Virus record (IMG/VR): IMGVR_UViG_3300034980_000289 | Span: 1 to 59,737 of that record | Source of the DNA: a virus | Taxonomy: Duplodnaviria > Caudoviricetes | Length of the DNA stretch: 59,737 nucleotides | Strand: one strand, 5' to 3' | Shown: in pieces, positions 1 through 10,100 of the stretch | How the letters are laid out: each line of letters opens with the position of its first letter | Position numbering within the stretch: position 1 is the stretch's first letter | Notes under the pieces: model-generated | What the model saw: the letters and a program-made list of their open reading frames with translations, nothing else | What the model was told of the DNA's origin: nothing | Database searches by the model: none | Program-made: the position numbers and the translations under genes

Positions 1-145
1 ATATAATAGATATCCAAAAGCAACACAAATAAGAGACTTATTATTCCAAAGAGATAAAGAAACAAAAAAAACATTAAAGAAAGTTATTGGATTAATAAGG
101 GAAAATATCCCCTCAGAGGACACAGATGATAAAACCCACAAGTTC
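1..145. repeat. Terminal direct repeat, copy 1 (circular assembly overlap)
   Basis: 1..145 is identical to 59593..59737 except at position 19 (A vs G). Confidence 0.95.
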
Positions 146-367
146 TTATGGGGGATAAAAGATATCGAGAATAAAGTCATATTGTGGGGTGTAAAAGTGT
201 ATGTAAGCGGCAGTATGCATCTATCAGCAAAGGGATTCGCTTTCTTAAGAGCGATTATTCAAAATCATGCTAAAGATAGAAAAGCATTAGAACGAGCCGA
301 GTTAAAAAAATTAGGTAAAACACCTAAATTACTTAAAATAAAAAGGAAGGAATTAGGTTATGATTAA
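1..367 (+). CDS. 3' part of the junction-spanning hypothetical protein
   Basis: In frame with the 59564 ATG after circularisation; its stop overlaps the next gene. Confidence 0.75.
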   Translation, partial: YNRYPKATQIRDLLFQRDKETKKTLKKVIGLIRENIPSEDTDDKTHKFLWGIKDIENKVILWGVKVYVSGSMHLSAKGFAFLRAIIQNHAKDRKALERAELKKLGKTPKLLKIKRKELGYD

Positions 368-1136
368 TGAAGCAATGTTTCCAGTTAAAGAAGTACCAGC
401 TGTCGGACAGTTGTTTGGTGAAGGATTAAAAGAAAAAACTGGATATAAATTCATAGTAAGAGAAGATACTGGTGATGTTCTAAGTTGTATGACTGATGAA
501 TATAAACTAGTAACAAATGAGGAGCTACATTTAGCTGCCGATGAAACTTTAAGAAAGTGTGGAGCAATAGAGAGGGAAGTAAAAGTGTTAGGAGGTGGTA
601 AACGTACTATTATGAGGTATGTAATACCAAATGTTAAAGTAAAAATTTCAGGTAATGACATCGTCAATCCTGAGATTATGTTTAAGAATAGCTATGATGG
701 TTCATGGGAGATTGGTATCCAAGCAGGAGCATATCGTTTGGTATGTGCTAATGGCATGGTTATCGGAGTTGTTCTATCAAAAAAATCAAATAAACATTCA
801 GTATACAATCCTAGAATATCAGAGTTACCTGAATTAATTGCAGAGACTATTGAAACAACTGCAAACGTATTCAAAGATGATTTTGCATTAATGCTCGATA
901 CTAAGGTAGATAAAGACCATGTACAGAGCTTAATTGAGATGGTGCCGACTAATGTCATGGAACCGTTTGTTCAATACTTAATGGGTCATAAGCCTAGTAA
1001 TTATTGGGATTTAATAAACGCTGCTACATGGGTTAATACTCACCATATGAATAGAAATCATAATTCTACTCATACATTTGAATCTCGTATATTTCCAACC
1101 ATAAGTAAGTGGACTAATGAAAAAGCGAGAGCTTAA
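360..1136 (+). CDS. DUF932/DUF945-family phage protein
   Basis: NSYDGS...GAYRLVCANG motif typical of DUF932. Confidence 0.8.
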   Translation: MINEAMFPVKEVPAVGQLFGEGLKEKTGYKFIVREDTGDVLSCMTDEYKLVTNEELHLAADETLRKCGAIEREVKVLGGGKRTIMRYVIPNVKVKISGNDIVNPEIMFKNSYDGSWEIGIQAGAYRLVCANGMVIGVVLSKKSNKHSVYNPRISELPELIAETIETTANVFKDDFALMLDTKVDKDHVQSLIEMVPTNVMEPFVQYLMGHKPSNYWDLINAATWVNTHHMNRNHNSTHTFESRIFPTISKWTNEKARA

Positions 1137-1302
1137 ACCTAAAAAGAACCCTAGTTCTGTTTACGATTGGAAAAATAGAAAAACCAGTTGGCCGTTCAAA
1201 GGAGATGTTGATGACCCTGAATATTTAAAAGCAAGGTCTAAACTTTTTCAAGAGAGCGGCAATGGCTGGTGGTGGGGTCAAAAGAAACCAGAGGAGGAAT
1301 AA
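1117..1302 (+). CDS. Small hypothetical protein
   Basis: Tightly packed between neighbours; stop overlaps the next ATG (TAATG). Confidence 0.6.
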   Translation: MKKRELKPKKNPSSVYDWKNRKTSWPFKGDVDDPEYLKARSKLFQESGNGWWWGQKKPEEE

Positions 1303-2132
1303 TGAACATAGATTGCCCTGTCATAATACCTTATTATGGAGGTAAATACTATCTAAGTCAGAAGCTAGTTCCCATGATTCCAGCCCACGATAAATACATA
1401 GAAATGTTTGCTGGGGGTCTCTCAATGTTCTTTAGGAAAAAGAAAGTAGGGTGGAATGTAGTTAACGATTTAGATAAAAATGTAGTAAACTTATACACTG
1501 TTTTAGCTGAAAAATTTGATGAGTTTGTTCATCATATAGGCTGGTATGTTAAGAGCAGGAGTTTACATGAAATACTTAAAGAGTACATTAAAAGCACAAA
1601 AGTTGAAGTCATACCAGACGCTAAAAGAGCAGCTAGATATTACTATTTAATTCGTTGTTCATTTAATAATAATCCTCAAGGGACATTTAGTAAAAATTCA
1701 GCTGACTGGAATACCGATAACTTAATTGAAGATTTAAAGTATTCAAGAAAATATCTCAATGATGTTTTGATTGAAAATTTAGATTTTAGAGTCTTAGTGG
1801 ATAGGTATCCTCCTGGTGAAGGAGATTTTTGGTACTTAGACCCACCTTACATTGTGGCAGGAACTAGAAATGATTACTACATACACTCTCTTGTTGAACA
1901 AGACCATATTGACTTGCGTAACATTTGCAAAGTTATAGATGATAGTGGTGGTAATTTTATGGTAAGCTATGATGATAAACCTGAAGTCCATGAACTCTAT
2001 AAAGATTATGAAATAGAGGCTATCCCAGTAAAATACGCTGGTCAAACACAGAAAAGAGAATATAAAAACGAATTAGTAATAACTAATTATGAAAAAGTAG
2101 CTTATCAAGAAACCTTATTCAATGGAGGATAA
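1302..2132 (+). CDS. Dam/D12-class N6-adenine DNA methyltransferase (orphan)
   Basis: PYYGGK, EMFAGG, NDLD and catalytic DPPY motifs; GGAGG RBS before ATG 1302. Confidence 0.93.
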   Translation: MNIDCPVIIPYYGGKYYLSQKLVPMIPAHDKYIEMFAGGLSMFFRKKKVGWNVVNDLDKNVVNLYTVLAEKFDEFVHHIGWYVKSRSLHEILKEYIKSTKVEVIPDAKRAARYYYLIRCSFNNNPQGTFSKNSADWNTDNLIEDLKYSRKYLNDVLIENLDFRVLVDRYPPGEGDFWYLDPPYIVAGTRNDYYIHSLVEQDHIDLRNICKVIDDSGGNFMVSYDDKPEVHELYKDYEIEAIPVKYAGQTQKREYKNELVITNYEKVAYQETLFNGG

Positions 2133-2133
2133 T

Positions 2134-3450
2134 ATGAAAACAGATATCAAACTTCCCCCATGGGATGGTGAGGCAGAAGAATGTGTACTTGGTGCTATAC
2201 TATTAGGAGGATGGGATACATATGATACAGTTTCAGCAATCATACAAGATGATGAAGCTTTCTATGACCATTTGACTAAACATACTTGGAGAGCTATGGG
2301 AAGACTTAGAAGAGCTGAGCAAGTAATAGAACCTTTGTCACTGTTAAACGAAACCAAAAAGAAGAATAATGCTGTTACTGCATATTGGATGACTGGACTT
2401 CCCGATAAGGTTGTTGGAGCTTCAATGGCAAAACAGCATGCTAAGATGGTTTGGGAAAAATTCGTTCAACGACAAGTTGGGAAGACCGCTTACAAACTAT
2501 ATAACGCAAGTTTCTCTAGCATAGACACTACTCGTGCTATCTTAGAAGAACATGGCAGGTATGTAGATGACTTAAGGGCTCTCCTGCCTTCCAGGAATGG
2601 GGATATAGGTACGATAATTAAAGAGACAGTAGATAAGATTATTAAGGGTAACGCTATGATACCCTTTAATTTTAAACCATTAGATGAATTTTCAGGCGGA
2701 ATGACGCGAGGTGAAATAACCGTACTAGGCGGCAGACCAGGGCATGGCAAAACTACATTAGTAGTTAACCTTATTAGAAAATTAGTTGAAGATGGTAAGC
2801 GAGTGTTGCTATTCAATCGTGAAATGAGCAATACTGAAATGATGAGAAAAGTAATAGTAATGGAATCTAAAGACATAACATATAACGATGTAAGGCAAAA
2901 TGAGATTCCTAAAAAAGTAGAAGAAAAATTGTTAAACGGAGTTTCATCCACCGTGAGTGATAAATATGCCAATTTATTAATGTATGAAGATATACGTTCA
3001 TTGGAAGAATCCCTCGGTGAGATTACTAAGTTTAAACCAGATGTGATTATAGATGATTACATTCAGTTGATTTCAGTCGGGAGTGCTTCTTTAGAACGAA
3101 GATTCCAGTTGGAAAAGATTATGAATGATTATAAATGGATTTGTAAAAAGGAAAACTGTTCTGCTATCCTAGTAAGTCAGTTAAACAGAGAGATAGAAAG
3201 AAGGTTCGACCCAAAGCCTAAGCTTAGTGATTTTGCTGAAAGTGGAGTTATAGAACAGTGTGCTGAATCCGCGCTGTTCGTATACTATCCCTATCAGTAT
3301 GATGATGAAAAATTCAGTCCATATTCTATCAGCGTAATAGCTGCTAAATCTAGATATGGATTAACTGGAGAAAGCACTTTAGGTTTTAACGGGAATAAGT
3401 GTAGATTCTATAATACAGAATCGAAAGCTTTACTTGAATCTAAGAAGTGA
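2134..3450 (+). CDS. dnaB: DnaB-like replicative helicase
   Basis: N-terminal EAEECVLGAIL, Walker A GGRPGHGKT, DYIQL, SQLNR, SGVIEQ, KSRYG. Confidence 0.95.
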   Translation: MKTDIKLPPWDGEAEECVLGAILLGGWDTYDTVSAIIQDDEAFYDHLTKHTWRAMGRLRRAEQVIEPLSLLNETKKKNNAVTAYWMTGLPDKVVGASMAKQHAKMVWEKFVQRQVGKTAYKLYNASFSSIDTTRAILEEHGRYVDDLRALLPSRNGDIGTIIKETVDKIIKGNAMIPFNFKPLDEFSGGMTRGEITVLGGRPGHGKTTLVVNLIRKLVEDGKRVLLFNREMSNTEMMRKVIVMESKDITYNDVRQNEIPKKVEEKLLNGVSSTVSDKYANLLMYEDIRSLEESLGEITKFKPDVIIDDYIQLISVGSASLERRFQLEKIMNDYKWICKKENCSAILVSQLNREIERRFDPKPKLSDFAESGVIEQCAESALFVYYPYQYDDEKFSPYSISVIAAKSRYGLTGESTLGFNGNKCRFYNTESKALLESKK

Positions 3451-3647
3451 TAATAAGCAAACACATCAGTTGCCGAGGTTGTAATTATCAACAACACGGT
3501 GACTGTTTGTGGTTTGCAAGACCTAAAAGTATACCTCATGAAGTATTCTCGAAAGGATGTAAGCATAGAGTGTCTAAAGTTGAATCAATACCTCATCACC
3601 CAGCTGTAGAAAGGATTGTAGACCTATTCCACGGCGAACTGATATAG
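3447..3647 (+). CDS. Small Cys-rich hypothetical protein
   Basis: GTGA overlap with dnaB; CxxC...C...C. Confidence 0.6.
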   Translation: MIISKHISCRGCNYQQHGDCLWFARPKSIPHEVFSKGCKHRVSKVESIPHHPAVERIVDLFHGELI

Positions 3648-4120
3648 CATACATAGGAATAGACCCTGGTTATAACGGTGGTATATCAGTTGTGTGGCCA
3701 GATAGAACTATTGATGCTTATAGATTCCCAGCTAAACTATACAAACTTCCTAAAATATTACTGTCTATTAAAAGCCATTGTCATGTAGGGGGATTTAAAG
3801 AATGTTGGATGATAGAAGATGTTCATGCATTAAGGGGTTCATCAGCTAAGGGAACTTTTACTTTTGGTAGAAATTTAGGTGTTTGGGAAGGTATCATGTC
3901 AACACTAAATATAAAGTGGATAAAGATTAGTCCTAAAGAGTGGCAAAAAGAATATAAATTAACAGTTCAAGGTAAAGAAAGAAAAAATAAATTAAAAATA
4001 TTCGCTCAAAGATATGTTAATAATTCTAAGAGTACGTTCAACGTTACATTTGCAACTGCAGATGCTATTTTAATTGCTAAATATTACAAAAGAAAGGGCT
4101 TTAGCTATGAAAAACTTTAA
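3644..4120 (+). CDS. RuvC-like Holliday junction resolvase (probable ATA start)
   Basis: In-frame AYIGIDPGYNGG lies upstream of the listed GTG; also IEDV, FTFG, PKEWQK and ADAILIA. Confidence 0.85.
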   Translation: MAYIGIDPGYNGGISVVWPDRTIDAYRFPAKLYKLPKILLSIKSHCHVGGFKECWMIEDVHALRGSSAKGTFTFGRNLGVWEGIMSTLNIKWIKISPKEWQKEYKLTVQGKERKNKLKIFAQRYVNNSKSTFNVTFATADAILIAKYYKRKGFSYEKL

Positions 4121-4289
4121 ATTAGGAAATAAATACACAGGGATTCATCTTACAAACAATATATTTTCAATAGGATTTTTCCCATTTGTATTATCATTCG
4201 CAGCTACACCTAGGTCAATAAGGATAAGTATAACATTTTTTAGTATTTGTCTTGATGTAGGAGTGTCAAGAACATTTAAATTTGAATGA
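4107..4289 (+). CDS. Small hydrophobic hypothetical protein
   Basis: Last ORF of the + arm; start at 4074 or 4107. Confidence 0.5.
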   Translation: MKNFKLGNKYTGIHLTNNIFSIGFFPFVLSFAATPRSIRISITFFSICLDVGVSRTFKFE

Positions 4290-4308
4290 TTATCTCCATT
4301 CAACAACG

Positions 4309-4388
4309 AGGGCGATACTTTGGCTCGCTGCAATACAAGGTTCGAATCCTTAACCTTAACCGATGACGGTAAATCGGGGTATTGCCCT
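4309..4388 (+). ncRNA. Stem-closed RNA element with a tRNA-like T-arm, at the convergence of the two arms
   Basis: GGGCGATACTTTG pairs with CGGGGTATTGCCC (G-U pairs on +); internal AAGG-TTCGAAT-CCTT at 4337..4351. Confidence 0.55.
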
Positions 4389-7156
4389 TAATATTCTATT
4401 AAATTTTCATATTCAGTTCTAGATTTTTGTTTTTGTATAATATTAGATAGATTCTTCATTTTAGTCTTATTACCAGCTCTTGGGTCGTACATCTTATTCC
4501 CTTTAACTGGAGCACCAACCATTGACCTAAAGCCTTTATTAATCTTTTTAGTTGTTTCAGAAGGATATGCTTTAAATAAATGTCTTACCATATCATATCC
4601 TCTTCCCTCTACTATAGATGGTATTATCTTAGACTGTAATTGACCTGCCATTGTATTAATCTTATACCACCTAGATTCTGCCTCTTTATCTTTTGTCATT
4701 CTAGAATAATCAAGGTTGCCAAAGCTTATTTTATATAAGTCTGATTTTTCTCCATTTAATAACCCTGAAGCTTCAAAAGCATATCTAATGTCATCAGGCA
4801 ATGGCCCGAGGAACTCACCTACAATTCCTCTTGTTATTTTGTCAGCGTCATCTCTATCAACTATAGTTTCATGCAACCCTTTTATTTTTTCAATAGTATC
4901 ATTTTCATAAATATTATATGCATTAACATTAAATATTCCACTTAACAATCCAACCATAGCATATATAGCACCATATCTATAGTGATACATCATCTCAGGA
5001 GATGTCCAATCCCCGACCATAACAGATTCTTTCGCACCCCTTATCATTTTAGCTTGTGTAGATATTAATGAGTGAGGGTAGTGCATTAACATATTAAACC
5101 AAGAAGACACAGCTCCAGCTGCAACTTTTCCAGAATATATTGGATTACCAGCTGAATCTAATTCGCCAGGGACTCCTCTAATAAATTTTGATTTAGCATG
5201 TGGAGCATATTCATAAGCCCAACTATTAACTGCTTTAAGAGCAAAATTCTTAGCATCTTGCTCAACCATCTTAGGTGCTCTATTAGAACCAAATTGTCTT
5301 TCAAGACCCTTCATATAGTTACCATTATTAATCATAGTATCGTAATAGAGAGCCATAGACCTTCTGAACATATATCCTCTTTGCATATTTTCAGTAATTC
5401 TATGAAATACTAGAGACTTGTCAACAGTCCAATTCATTCCCTGCTTTAAAGCCTTGCCAACCCCAGACCCATCTTTATATTCAAAAGAGCCAGTGGCTTC
5501 ATTAAACTTAATATCTTGAACCTTTACTCCCTCAGATGGCAATAAACCTTGAGTGATTAATTCCCTAGCTCCCTCAGCCTCGTTAAAAGCGAAACCAGTT
5601 TCTTTTTCAGCCCTATCTACCATATCAGATAATTCTTTGCTTTGTAATGATTCCTTTGCACTTTTCATTGCCTTATGTCCAAAATAAGAATAATAGAACC
5701 CAGCGGATGCCAAGTTTCTAACAGAACCAGTAAACCCTAAACCCATAGTCCTAATAGCTGTTGTCGCCCCTATAGTATATGTTAAATCGTTTATCCATTT
5801 AGGTCTATCTGCATATCCTCTTGTAGACACAGTGTAAATATCTTCTAAATAATCAGACATGCTCTGAGTATAATCACCAGTTATTTTTTTATTTTTTGGA
5901 AGTTTTCTTAAAAATTTTGTATAACTTGATTTAAGTCTTTGTTGTTTATTAAATGTAATAACATCAAATCCATAAGTTCTCATCACTGCCAAAGGGTCTT
6001 GCTGATAATATAAATCTATATTTTCTAATCTTTTTTTAGAATGCTTATGTTGACCGAAGTCTTCAATTAAAGGCAATAAATCATTTATTTCCTTTTCACC
6101 AATTCTAGATTTCTTCGCATCATACTCAGTTATATTTCTTGCATATATAGAATCAACCTTTTTTCTTAGTGAGGCTAAATCTTCTATTATATATTGTGGA
6201 TAATATGCATCATTGTCTCGTATTGCCTTCTGAGCGTACTGTATTTTCTCAACCTGATTCTTCAGTCTATTATTAACCGTATAAGCTATATCCTTTCTAC
6301 TGGAAATTCCATTTGAGAGTAATATATTATCTATCAATGTATCTAAACTATTATCAAGAACCTGTCCCATCTCTTTAAAATATTCTTTAGAAACTTTAGC
6401 GGCTTTTACAACTCCATTATGATAATTAGCAGCTTTCTTTGTAAATGAACCATCAGAGTTAGAGGTTTGTATTAAATCTCTAAATTGACTAATAATAAGA
6501 CCGTCATCTGATTCCATCAATTGCTTAATCTTAGCCTCCAAAGAAGCTCTTTTGCCTTCTGTGGGAGCTGTAGACATATCTTGTTCTAACCTTGCTATGT
6601 CACTAGAAACCTTTATCATATTACTGCCAAATATACCAGCCTTAGCTATGTCTTTATAAGCACCCACCAAAGCAGAAGCGACAACCCTACCCCTATTTTT
6701 TACTTTTGCTATTTGATTTCTTTCATACGCAACTGCTCTATCTATATTTTCATAAAACTCAAGAGCTAGTGGGTCTCTTGAAACTATATCTTGAGGTACT
6801 CCAATAATATTTTCAAATGGATTAACAAATCCTTTCTTTCTTAACCTTACTTCATATTGGTCGATTTCCCTCGACAGTCTAGCAACTTCATGTTCTGATA
6901 ATATAAAATCTGGATGAAATCTCTTCATTGGATTAATTCTTGCTCTTAATATTTTATCTATCATCCTAAAAGAACCTCCAAAATCATGGCTATTTGAGGA
7001 TACCTCCATTGGCCCGTGAAACTCCTGTATAGCTTTACTACTATTCCACTTATTTTGAATTTTAGTTATATTGTCAAAATGCTTCTCATGATTTTTTTCC
7101 CCAAAGCTTTTCTCTCCAGGTGTCCCAATATGATTACATCCATTAATTAACGCCAT
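4388..7156 (-). CDS. Large internal virion/ejection protein
   Basis: 922 aa, appears helical, last gene of the structural operon after the giant protein. Confidence 0.6.
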   Translation of the reverse strand: MALINGCNHIGTPGEKSFGEKNHEKHFDNITKIQNKWNSSKAIQEFHGPMEVSSNSHDFGGSFRMIDKILRARINPMKRFHPDFILSEHEVARLSREIDQYEVRLRKKGFVNPFENIIGVPQDIVSRDPLALEFYENIDRAVAYERNQIAKVKNRGRVVASALVGAYKDIAKAGIFGSNMIKVSSDIARLEQDMSTAPTEGKRASLEAKIKQLMESDDGLIISQFRDLIQTSNSDGSFTKKAANYHNGVVKAAKVSKEYFKEMGQVLDNSLDTLIDNILLSNGISSRKDIAYTVNNRLKNQVEKIQYAQKAIRDNDAYYPQYIIEDLASLRKKVDSIYARNITEYDAKKSRIGEKEINDLLPLIEDFGQHKHSKKRLENIDLYYQQDPLAVMRTYGFDVITFNKQQRLKSSYTKFLRKLPKNKKITGDYTQSMSDYLEDIYTVSTRGYADRPKWINDLTYTIGATTAIRTMGLGFTGSVRNLASAGFYYSYFGHKAMKSAKESLQSKELSDMVDRAEKETGFAFNEAEGARELITQGLLPSEGVKVQDIKFNEATGSFEYKDGSGVGKALKQGMNWTVDKSLVFHRITENMQRGYMFRRSMALYYDTMINNGNYMKGLERQFGSNRAPKMVEQDAKNFALKAVNSWAYEYAPHAKSKFIRGVPGELDSAGNPIYSGKVAAGAVSSWFNMLMHYPHSLISTQAKMIRGAKESVMVGDWTSPEMMYHYRYGAIYAMVGLLSGIFNVNAYNIYENDTIEKIKGLHETIVDRDDADKITRGIVGEFLGPLPDDIRYAFEASGLLNGEKSDLYKISFGNLDYSRMTKDKEAESRWYKINTMAGQLQSKIIPSIVEGRGYDMVRHLFKAYPSETTKKINKGFRSMVGAPVKGNKMYDPRAGNKTKMKNLSNIIQKQKSRTEYENLIEY

Positions 7157-7165
7157 AATATTTCC

Positions 7166-10100
7166 TTATTTACACCACGGTTTCTCAATAGTCCCTCTTT
7201 TCAAAAATCTTATAAAACCCCTGGCTCCCTCTGCGTTTTGGTACTCCACCCTGCTGGTTGGTACTATCATCCCTTGATTGTCAAAGAATTTTCTAATCAT
7301 TGGGTCAGTATAACCAACTAATGTTCCAGCCATATTAGCATCTTCAGTACTTAAAGCATTATATTCTGTGGAAAATCCCTTGTTATATAACTTTCTATCC
7401 ATTTCAAACTCAGCGCCTTCGCCTCTACTGGAAGCATTCCACTCTTCAACTATTCTACCAGTTAATCCTTTATCTCCTTCACTAACATATCCCATCCCAT
7501 TGTTATCCATCCACTCAAATAGTTCTGTGAATAACCTTCTATTTATTTTAAAGGTAGGAAAATCAATTCGTTTGCCACCTTCTACATTCACAGTGGTAAA
7601 TCCCTCAACGCTTCTTGGTGTTATTAAATATTTTACAACTTGCTCTACCATATCCTGGTCAAAGTCCTTGCCGTCAAAAGCCCACTCTCTCATATGAGCA
7701 TCTATAAGTCTCTGAGATTTTGTTTTAGCTCTTGTATAAATTTCCTTTCTTCTAGCCCTATTCTGGTTTACCAACTGATTGGCTTGGAAACCTTCTGCGT
7801 TTAATCCACCTATCAACATTTCAGATTTATCTATAAAATCTATTTCTGAGAAAGACTGGTTCTTATTACCCCTTACAATATCTCTAGCAGTCACATGGGC
7901 AGTAATCGCCATAAGTCCAAAGCTATGTCTTAAATCAGAATGTGTCATATCAGTAGGCATCAAAGGATTTCTTAACTCTATATAAGAGTATCCGTCATCT
8001 TTTTGATAATAACTCCATTTTGGCTTTATATTCCCAACAAATTGAAGTTTTTGTGAATCCATATCAGCTAGTCTATCAGCTGTCCCTCTATACTTCCAAA
8101 CATAAAGATTATATTTATCATTATTTGTCCTTACAGCAGTGCCATTCCCACTCTTAATAGACTTTCTATGCTTGTATGCATTAGGGTCTGTAACTATACT
8201 ATCCCATGCCTTATCTTTAATGTAGTTTAAAGCCTTTTGTGTCGAGCCAATTCTTCTCTCTAAAGCAAGTAATTTTTCTGAGTTAGGAGCGTATCTTTCA
8301 CCTTGATACCATCTGTCAAGAGACTTTAAAGCTTGTAATTCAGAGTTTAGAGCAGCTGCAACAGCTCCTCTTTTCTGAGCCTTCGAAACAGATACATCAA
8401 TTCTACTATCTAAAACAGATTCAAATTCAAGCATCGTATCCAAGTCGCCATTAGTTATACGTTCAACAATAGATGTTGTTGATAGATGACCATTTATCAA
8501 GGCCAAAGTTTCTATACTAGAGACCATTCTATCTGCGAAATCACCAACCTGCCTTCTCCATTCTCTAGGAACATTCCCCCAAACCTCATCTCTTGGGTTT
8601 AAGAAGCTTTTATTATTTAGTCTTCTTAGAATATAACCAGCTTGACCTAAATCTATTCTATCCGCCTGTACAGTCGTAGAATTTTGTTTTGTATAATTAA
8701 AATTAATTATTGGGTCTACATTAAAATTCTTTGGAAGACCTTCTCTAAATAATTCTCCTAAATTTTGTAATATTTTCTGCTTGTCTTTGCCTGTTTTGTT
8801 TAATACCTCTTTCAATCCAGGTAGTTGACCTTTACCAAAAAAGAGATGAATTGTATCAAGAGCTAAATCTTTATTACCCTTACCGCCATTTGCTGCTAAT
8901 GCTTTTTTAAAAACCCTATCAAATAAAACTCTATTCATTTCCCTAGAGTCGCCAAACAAACTTTGCAAATCACCATAAGCTTTCCTCATCTCTTTGTCAG
9001 TTGGCTGTCTACTACCACCCTCATCATAAACATCATTAAATAACTTTGAACCTTCCCTAACCATCTTCAGAGCTTCCTTAATAACCTCTCTTGATGCTAA
9101 CCCCCAATGAGCAGCAGGAGTATCTCCACCTTTACTCCAAAACAAACTATTATCTTTACCAACCAAGTAATGACTTAACTCAACATCGGTAGGTCTATCA
9201 CCAAACAACATAGCATTTAAAAGAGCCTCTCTACCCTCTTTTGCTATAGCATTTGTACCTTTATTAACATCCACAGAGCTTTGATTAAATATAAATTGTC
9301 TCATTACTGCATTAAATTTTCGAGACGCAGGGGAGTTCCCCTCAGCGTATGGAGTGTTGGCTATATCTAACATATTAAATGTTGTATATTTGGAATTGCC
9401 ATGTCTGTCCTTACCAACATATAGCTTTATAGACATCTGAGCATTGCTTAAATGAGTTAAAGCAGATTTAATTCCAATAGCAGAACCAACATTCATCTTT
9501 TGTTGTTCATACTGCCCCATATAGTCTCCCATACCAAACTTTTGAGTTGCCCCAGCTACGAAATTTTCATCAAGACCAAATAGATTAATAACTGGTGATT
9601 CTTTAGGCATTTGTCTATAGTCAGTAACTTTAGCAAAGTTTTTCATATTATTTGCCATAATATCTATACCCCTATCGAAGTTTAGATAGAATCTATCACC
9701 ATCGTTATCTCTTTGGAAACCAACCCTTTGGTCATAAGAATTTATTCTAACTATCTTACCATCGGTATGGTCAGCAGTCTTTTCTCCCATTTTACTTACT
9801 CGTAAGGTAGCCAAATCATAACCAACTCTAGGTATAGGATAACCTTCTATTGTTAATCCAAAATCAGCTTTCTTAAAAAGGTTACTCGAAACCCCAGCTT
9901 TTTTAAAAAGCATATGCCCCACTTTCTTAATAAAGCCTGCATCAGTAGACCTTCCTGCTATAACCTCTACCCATTTTTGTAGTTCACCGTATGTCTTTGG
10001 CCCGTTCATTCGTTCTCTTTTCGGTAAAGGTTTTCCTTTTTTGTCTACGCCTTCCCAAAGCTCTCTTAATCTAGTGTAAACTTTTAGAGCATCTTGATTT

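Noticed and set aside
4337-4351. tRNA gene suggested by GGTTCGAATCC
   Set aside because: No cloverleaf: acceptor stem, D-arm, anticodon arm and CCA are missing. Kept only as a tRNA-like element.
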